From the IMG/VR virus record IMGVR_UViG_3300020577_012118: a DNA stretch of 20,000 nucleotides. The stretch is one strand, 5' to 3'. Below, piece after piece: positions 15,774 to 20,000 of this stretch. The first letter of the stretch is position 1. Each line of letters starts with the position of its first letter. Both the position numbers and the translations under genes were made by a program. This stretch comes from an uncultured virus (IMG/VR IMGVR_UViG_3300020577_012118) (taxonomy: Duplodnaviria; Heunggongvirae; Uroviricota; Caudoviricetes). Under the pieces are notes generated by a model. That model was not told the DNA's origin. It saw nothing but the letters and a program-made list of their open reading frames with translations, and did not search any database.

Positions 15774-16721
15774 TCAGATGTTGGCGTCCTGGCTGGCCGG
15801 GTTCATCGGCACCGGATCACCCTGGTCCGGGCGGCCGCCGCCCATGATCCGGCGATTCCTTTTCGCGGCCAGATGCCGCTCGAGGTCGGCGTAATCCGCT
15901 GCCGGAATCTTCCTGGCGTACACCACCTGGTCCGGAGCCGGTCCCGGCTCGTTCGCCACCGGCATTCCGCACCCCTCGCCCGGACTCTCCTTGCTGACCG
16001 GCCTGAACGGCTTGTTGACCGCCATCGGCTGCCCTGCCGGCTGGGCACCGTCGCGCTTCTTGCTATCGTCGCCTCGTGCCGCGTGGATCGCCTCGATCGC
16101 CTCGTCCACCTTGCGGCGTGCCTCGTCGCCCAGCCTGGCGTAGCCGTCGCCGGCGATGATCGTCGTCAGCGCCACGATCATCGCCGACCGCTCGCGGTAC
16201 TCCTTCGACATCGTGTCGATCTCGCCCATGACGGCGCGGCTCGCCTTGTCCCGGGCCGCCTGGGCCTCTTCCATGATCTTCTTGCGGACGTTCTCCGCCT
16301 GGCGCAGCTGTTCGGCCTTGCTCTCCAGCTGACAGCGGAGCATTTCGCACGTAGCCGACTTGGCGTCGTGCGACTTGGCGAGGACGTCGTGCAGGACGCT
16401 CATCGCCAGGAACGATTTTCTCTGACGGTCGGCGTCACGCTTCGCCTCCTCGAGGTCCTTCATGATCTCCGTGATGGCGACGCGCAGGTTCGCCGGGTCG
16501 TTGTCCGGGTCGGCCGGGACGTCCGCCCGCTTGGTCAGGGCGTTGATCCGTTCCCGCTGCCAGGAGTTGCAGCCGGCCAGCTGCCGGTTGTTCTCCTCCA
16601 GGTCTCCGATCTTGGTGGTCATCTGGCGGATCACCGTCTCCAGTTCCGCGATGCGCCCGGCGGCGTCCTGGCTGGCGCGGAACTTGGCCGCCTCCGCCAT
16701 CATCGTGTTGAGGCTATCCAT
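15774..16721 (-). CDS. Coiled-coil hypothetical protein (315 aa)
   Basis: E/K/R/A-rich helical heptad character with a disordered Pro-rich tail. AAGGGG RBS. Confidence 0.75.
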   Translation of the reverse strand: MDSLNTMMAEAAKFRASQDAAGRIAELETVIRQMTTKIGDLEENNRQLAGCNSWQRERINALTKRADVPADPDNDPANLRVAITEIMKDLEEAKRDADRQRKSFLAMSVLHDVLAKSHDAKSATCEMLRCQLESKAEQLRQAENVRKKIMEEAQAARDKASRAVMGEIDTMSKEYRERSAMIVALTTIIAGDGYARLGDEARRKVDEAIEAIHAARGDDSKKRDGAQPAGQPMAVNKPFRPVSKESPGEGCGMPVANEPGPAPDQVVYARKIPAADYADLERHLAAKRNRRIMGGGRPDQGDPVPMNPASQDANI

Positions 16722-16781
16722 CTCGAACCCCCTTGGTTACGCCGGCCCGGTCGTCGGGCCGGCTGCTTCGATAGACCGGCC

Positions 16782-16801
16782 GATTTGCCCGTGGGCAAAT
16801 C
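16782..16801. repeat. Palindrome copy 6 (core TTTGCCCGTGGGCAAA at 16784-16799)
   Basis: GATTTGCCC-GT-GGGCAAATC, abutting the methyltransferase stop codon. Confidence 0.85.
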
Positions 16802-17816
16802 ACACCAGGTCGTGAATCTTACCCTGCGACGTCATCACCCGCACCTTGAGCTTGATGCGTTCGGAGACCGTCATCGTGATGACCGTCTCCTCGTTCTCCC
16901 CGGTGCCCTTGACCTCGCTGTCCTCGCCGGCGACGTACTTCTCCTTGAAGGGAGTCGCCTTGATGAGGACCGGGTCCTCGCCGGGCTTGCGGATCGTGGT
17001 GTTGAGCATCCCGCCCGCCAGGACCAGGGCCATCTGGCCGCGGCTCAGTTCCAGGGGCGGGCTGGGCGCGGGGATCGGCGGGGGCACGTCGAACAGCTTG
17101 TCGAGCGGGCTCGCGGCCAGGGCCTCGCCCGCCTCGATGTCGGTCAGCCCCCACTTCATGAACCGCGACGGCCCGGGGGCCGTCGGCACGATGTACTTCA
17201 TGTGCCTCGTGGTCGGGCTGTTGACGTCATAGATCCAGTTGTACGGCTCGCCCCGGACCGAGGTCGGCCGCTTACGGGCCAGGACGACGACCTCCTTGAA
17301 GGCCCGCGGCTCCGGGAACGGGACGGTCCTGATGTCGGTGTACCAGGACAGGATGTGCCCCCGGATCTCGCTCCGCGTCAGGACCGGTTCGGGCAGCACG
17401 AACATCAGGACCCCGCCCGGCACCAGGAGGGGCGTCGCGTGCTCCAGGAACCGCGTCTCGACCCGGCTGCCCCCGCCGACCTCGCTGTCGAACGGCGGGT
17501 TGAGCCAGATGGCCCCGAAACCCTGGACGCCGATCCGGCACAGCGTGAAGTCGGCCGGAGCGCCGACGTTGCGGGCCTTGGGCAGCGTCTGGCAGGCCGT
17601 GGCGTACCGCGTCGGCTCCAGTTCCGTGATGTAGACCCGCTCCTCCGGGAAGCCCAGCAGGCCCGCCAGGTGGGCGATCGCCTCGCCCTTGCCGCAGCAC
17701 GGGTCGAGGATGGTCGAGCGGTTGCCCATGGGCAAATCGACGTGTTTGGCGATCGTTTCGACCGCGTCCAGCGGGGCCGGGTAAAAGCCCCCTTTCATCG
17801 CCGCTTCCAATCGCAT
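16800..17816 (-). CDS. SAM-dependent amino (N6-A/N4-C type) DNA methyltransferase, DUF6094-like
   Basis: GGFYPAP, ILDPCCGKGEA (motif I), WLNPPF (motif IV), LLVPGGVLMFV, and C-terminal PPLELSRGQMALVLAGG. Confidence 0.85.
   Translation of the reverse strand: MRLEAAMKGGFYPAPLDAVETIAKHVDLPMGNRSTILDPCCGKGEAIAHLAGLLGFPEERVYITELEPTRYATACQTLPKARNVGAPADFTLCRIGVQGFGAIWLNPPFDSEVGGGSRVETRFLEHATPLLVPGGVLMFVLPEPVLTRSEIRGHILSWYTDIRTVPFPEPRAFKEVVVLARKRPTSVRGEPYNWIYDVNSPTTRHMKYIVPTAPGPSRFMKWGLTDIEAGEALAASPLDKLFDVPPPIPAPSPPLELSRGQMALVLAGGMLNTTIRKPGEDPVLIKATPFKEKYVAGEDSEVKGTGENEETVITMTVSERIKLKVRVMTSQGKIHDLV
17721..17736. repeat. Palindrome copy 7 (GTTGCCCATGGGCAAA), inside the methyltransferase gene
   Basis: 15/16 match. 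Confidence 0.8.
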
Positions 17817-17851
17817 AGCTTGACTCCTCCACTATCTCTGGCCGGTGGTGG

Positions 17852-17893
17852 TAAAACGGAGGGCGGCAGGCGATCGTTTCGCCTGCCGCCCTC
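17852..17893 (-). terminator. Rho-independent terminator-like hairpin
   Basis: 15-bp arms GAGGGCGGCAGGCGA / TCGCCTGCCGCCCTC (17859-17893), followed on the minus strand by CGTTTTA. Confidence 0.7.
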
Positions 17894-17908
17894 TCTCATC
17901 AACGGGAA

Positions 17909-17940
17909 GCCATTATCCCATAATGGCCACGAAAACTCAA
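17909..17940 (-). promoter_or_regulatory. Sigma70-like promoter with the same palindromic -10 region
   Basis: TTGAGT (17940-17935)-N17-GATAAT (17917-17912). 18 bp (17910-17927) are identical to 12961-12978. Confidence 0.7.
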
Positions 17941-17941
17941 A

Positions 17942-18499
17942 TCACGCCGGCGTCGCCGGCTCCGTCCTCGCCACGCTCTTTCGGCCCGGTGCCCTGGTCC
18001 GGGCCGCCCGGGCGGCCGCCGGCCGGGACGTCTTCGCCGCGTCCTTGACCTGGAAGTAAGCCTTTCCGCTCTGGGCGTACAGGCGGCCCGACCAGATCGC
18101 CCCGCCCTTGGCCACGAACGACGGGTTGGCGACCGTCTTGATGTGGCTGCCCTTGTCCATGAGCTTGTACCGCATCTTGCCGCTGTCGTTCTCAGCGGCC
18201 CATCCGGTCCCGTCCCAGATGATGTTCATCGACACCCCGCCCTTCTCCATCGCCAGCGTGTCGCGCTTGTCGATGCAGCCGTGGCAGATGCGGTCGCCGT
18301 TCGGTGCCGTGCCGTACAGCTGGCGGCCGTCGGTGGCGTTGCTCTGACGCTTCTTCTCGCACACCGAGCACACGAAGTTCGTGTTCAGCAGCCCCCCGTC
18401 GGTGGCGGCCGCCGGCGGAGTCGCCTGCGCGGTTGTCGCTACCGTCGTCTTCTTCGCCCGCGGCTTCGTCGGCCGCGCGGCCTTTGCGTGGAACGCCAT
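17942..18499 (-). CDS. Hypothetical protein with CSVC/CHGC zinc motif and basic low-complexity ends (185 aa)
   Basis: AAGGGG RBS before MAFHAK. K/R/A/T-rich termini. Confidence 0.7.
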   Translation of the reverse strand: MAFHAKAARPTKPRAKKTTVATTAQATPPAAATDGGLLNTNFVCSVCEKKRQSNATDGRQLYGTAPNGDRICHGCIDKRDTLAMEKGGVSMNIIWDGTGWAAENDSGKMRYKLMDKGSHIKTVANPSFVAKGGAIWSGRLYAQSGKAYFQVKDAAKTSRPAAARAARTRAPGRKSVARTEPATPA

Positions 18500-18558
18500 G
18501 GTTGGACCCCTTGGTTTGGATGGGCAGACGCGCCCATCGTATCGAGACACCGATTGTC

Positions 18559-19416
18559 CTAGAAGGGGTTATCCGCCCCTTCGTAGTCCGGAACCGTCTC
18601 GAAGTCGCCCACGAGCAGGGGTTTCCTGCCCAACTTGGCGTTGGCCCGGAGCGAATGGGCCGTCGCCCAGGCCGTCGCCCCGCCCGCCAGCGTCATCTCG
18701 TACAGGCTGCCCGACACGCGGCCCGTGAAGCCGATCACGGCGTCGTCCTGGAACCAGTATTGGCTATGGCGGCTCGCCAGGTAGTCGCGTCCTGGGCGGC
18801 TGGAGTTGAGCAGATAGACGCACGCCCAGAACGGGTCGGCGTTGAACTCCGGGTGCCGCCGCGAGGCGATCTCGATCGCCACGCCGTCGGTGTACCCCTT
18901 CTCGAACAGGACGATCGGCCAGAGGTCGGTTCCGTAGCAGAGCCATTCGCCCTCTTGCGCCGCCGGCGATGCGCCCCACGGGGTCAGGTTTTTCCGCGCG
19001 TCCTTGATCGTCATCACCAGGCCGGAATCGCTCTCCCCCATCACCCACCAGAGCCAGGTCTCGACCTGGTGCGCCTCGTCGATCACCCCCCAGGGCGTCT
19101 GGAACGCCGGCGTCTGGCCGTCGTTCAGGTGGCCGTAAGCCCCCTCGAGGTAAGCGGCCATGAACTCCCGCACCGGTTCGGGCAGCTGTGCGTAGGCCAC
19201 GACTTCGCCGTTCCTCGCGATCCAGGCCCCCGCCTCATCGACACAGACCCGCCTCGCGAGGCGGCCGCTCAAGTAGATCGCCACCGGGGACATGGCCGCG
19301 AGGCCCCTTCGACCGATATGGCCCCTCTTGGCCAGCCTCGCGGCGACCTCCCCGGGCGTCTTGCCCAGGTTCGCCAGGAGCTTGATTGTCGCCCGTTCCG
19401 TGCCTGCTTCGTACAC
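18559..19416 (-). CDS. Hypothetical two-domain protein, C-terminal part DUF7007-like
   Basis: GGAGGA RBS and GTG start. QTPWG...ESDSGLVM...WPIV is reminiscent of DUF7007 (weak). Confidence 0.6.
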   Translation of the reverse strand: MYEAGTERATIKLLANLGKTPGEVAARLAKRGHIGRRGLAAMSPVAIYLSGRLARRVCVDEAGAWIARNGEVVAYAQLPEPVREFMAAYLEGAYGHLNDGQTPAFQTPWGVIDEAHQVETWLWWVMGESDSGLVMTIKDARKNLTPWGASPAAQEGEWLCYGTDLWPIVLFEKGYTDGVAIEIASRRHPEFNADPFWACVYLLNSSRPGRDYLASRHSQYWFQDDAVIGFTGRVSGSLYEMTLAGGATAWATAHSLRANAKLGRKPLLVGDFETVPDYEGADNPF

Positions 19417-19434
19417 GATGCGTCCTCCCGCACG

Positions 19435-19452
19435 ATTTGCCCATGGGCAAAT
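19435..19452. repeat. Palindrome copy 8 (ATTTGCCCATGGGCAAAT)
   Basis: Perfect 18-bp palindrome about 19 bp upstream of the 19416 start. Confidence 0.9.
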
Positions 19453-19593
19453 GCGTCCTTTCTATTGATCCGCGTGCATACCGTATGCACGCATTCCATG
19501 GCCATGGTTTGGCCTTCATCCCTGGACCCATAGGGCCGCAGGGCCGTTCGTTTCGCGCTACCGTCCCCTCCGCCCGGGCAGGGGGAAACGCGA

Positions 19594-19628
19594 AAGGGCG
19601 GGCGGCGCTCGACGCGCCGCCCGCCCTT
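19594..19628 (-). terminator. Terminator-like hairpin
   Basis: 15-bp arms AAGGGCGGGCGGCGC / GCGCCGCCCGCCCTT. The minus-strand tail is TTTCGCGTTT. Confidence 0.55.
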
Positions 19629-19631
19629 CCA

Positions 19632-19647
19632 TTTGCCCATGGGCAAA
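19632..19647. repeat. Palindrome copy 9 (TTTGCCCATGGGCAAA)
   Basis: Perfect consensus copy, intergenic. Confidence 0.9.
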
Positions 19648-19662
19648 CGGTGTCCATCAATG

Positions 19663-19699
19663 GCCACGGGGCGGACGCTTCAAGCGTCCGCCCCGTGGC
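19663..19699. repeat. 18-bp-arm perfect inverted repeat
   Basis: GCCACGGGGCGGACGCTT-C-AAGCGTCCGCCCCGTGGC, 16 bp after the upstream stop codon. Confidence 0.8.
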
Positions 19700-19715
19700 G
19701 TCCAGGCCGATCGGC

Positions 19716-20000
19716 CTAGTTCTTCTTTGCGTTCCGCGCGGCCATGATAGCCTTTTGCGCTTCGATGCGGTCGCAACCGTTTTCCGTCATATAGTCCATG
19801 ATCTTCGATTCCTTGATCAGGATCGCGGCCAGTTCCTTCATGGCCTGGCCGCGGCCCGCGGCCGCCATGCCCTTGATGATCGGCAGAAAGAAATCTTTCA
19901 CGGTTGCACGGTCGGCATCCATGCCGATCGATTGAAGGATCTTCGCCCCGTCATCGTGCGCCGCGATGGCGTCCAAAACCATGACGCTCGAAACGGCGGG
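19716..20000 (-). CDS. Hypothetical helical protein, probably 5'-truncated by the window edge
   Basis: The frame stays open from base 20000 to the TAG at 19716. Confidence 0.6.
   Translation of the reverse strand, partial: PAVSSVMVLDAIAAHDDGAKILQSIGMDADRATVKDFFLPIIKGMAAAGRGQAMKELAAILIKESKIMDYMTENGCDRIEAQKAIMAARNAKKN

Noticed and set aside
16741..16763. 9-bp GC hairpin upstream of the coiled-coil gene as a terminator
   Set aside because: No T tract and a short stem in GC-rich DNA, so function is unsupported.
15417..18059. 880-aa plus-strand ORF
   Set aside because: Antisense to the methyltransferase and coiled-coil genes; a typical GC-rich artefact.
18519..18538. GATGGGC-N6-GCCCATC hairpin resembling the palindrome half-sites
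   Set aside because: The half-sites are in the opposite arrangement with only 7-bp arms; may be chance.
7010..19647. CRISPR interpretation of the repeated palindrome
   Set aside because: Copies are 16 bp, irregularly spaced by hundreds to thousands of bases and partly intragenic, and no cas genes are present.

Overview
GC-rich, densely coded segment of what looks like a mobile element (phage/prophage, plasmid or ICE). Nearly all genes are on the minus strand with translational coupling. No capsid, terminase, conjugation, rRNA, tRNA or CRISPR features are visible. A TIGR02996-like motif suggests a planctomycete (or myxobacterial) host. Recognisable genes are a DpdA/TGT-like deazaguanine transglycosylase, a PAPS-reductase-family PP-loop protein, a 944-aa SF2 (SNF2-like) helicase, a serine recombinase and a DUF6094-like amino-methyltransferase. 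Three features stand out. (1) A tandem array of 12 small, divergent zinc-ribbon paralogs (N-terminal NKV-like motif, CPxCG...CxxC) lies next to the recombinase, between the methyltransferase and the helicase. (2) Nine copies of a 16-bp palindrome, KTTGCCCRYGGGCAAM, occur both between and inside genes. (3) Two sigma70-like promoters share an identical 18-bp palindromic -10 region. All family assignments come from motif recognition by eye, not from database searches.
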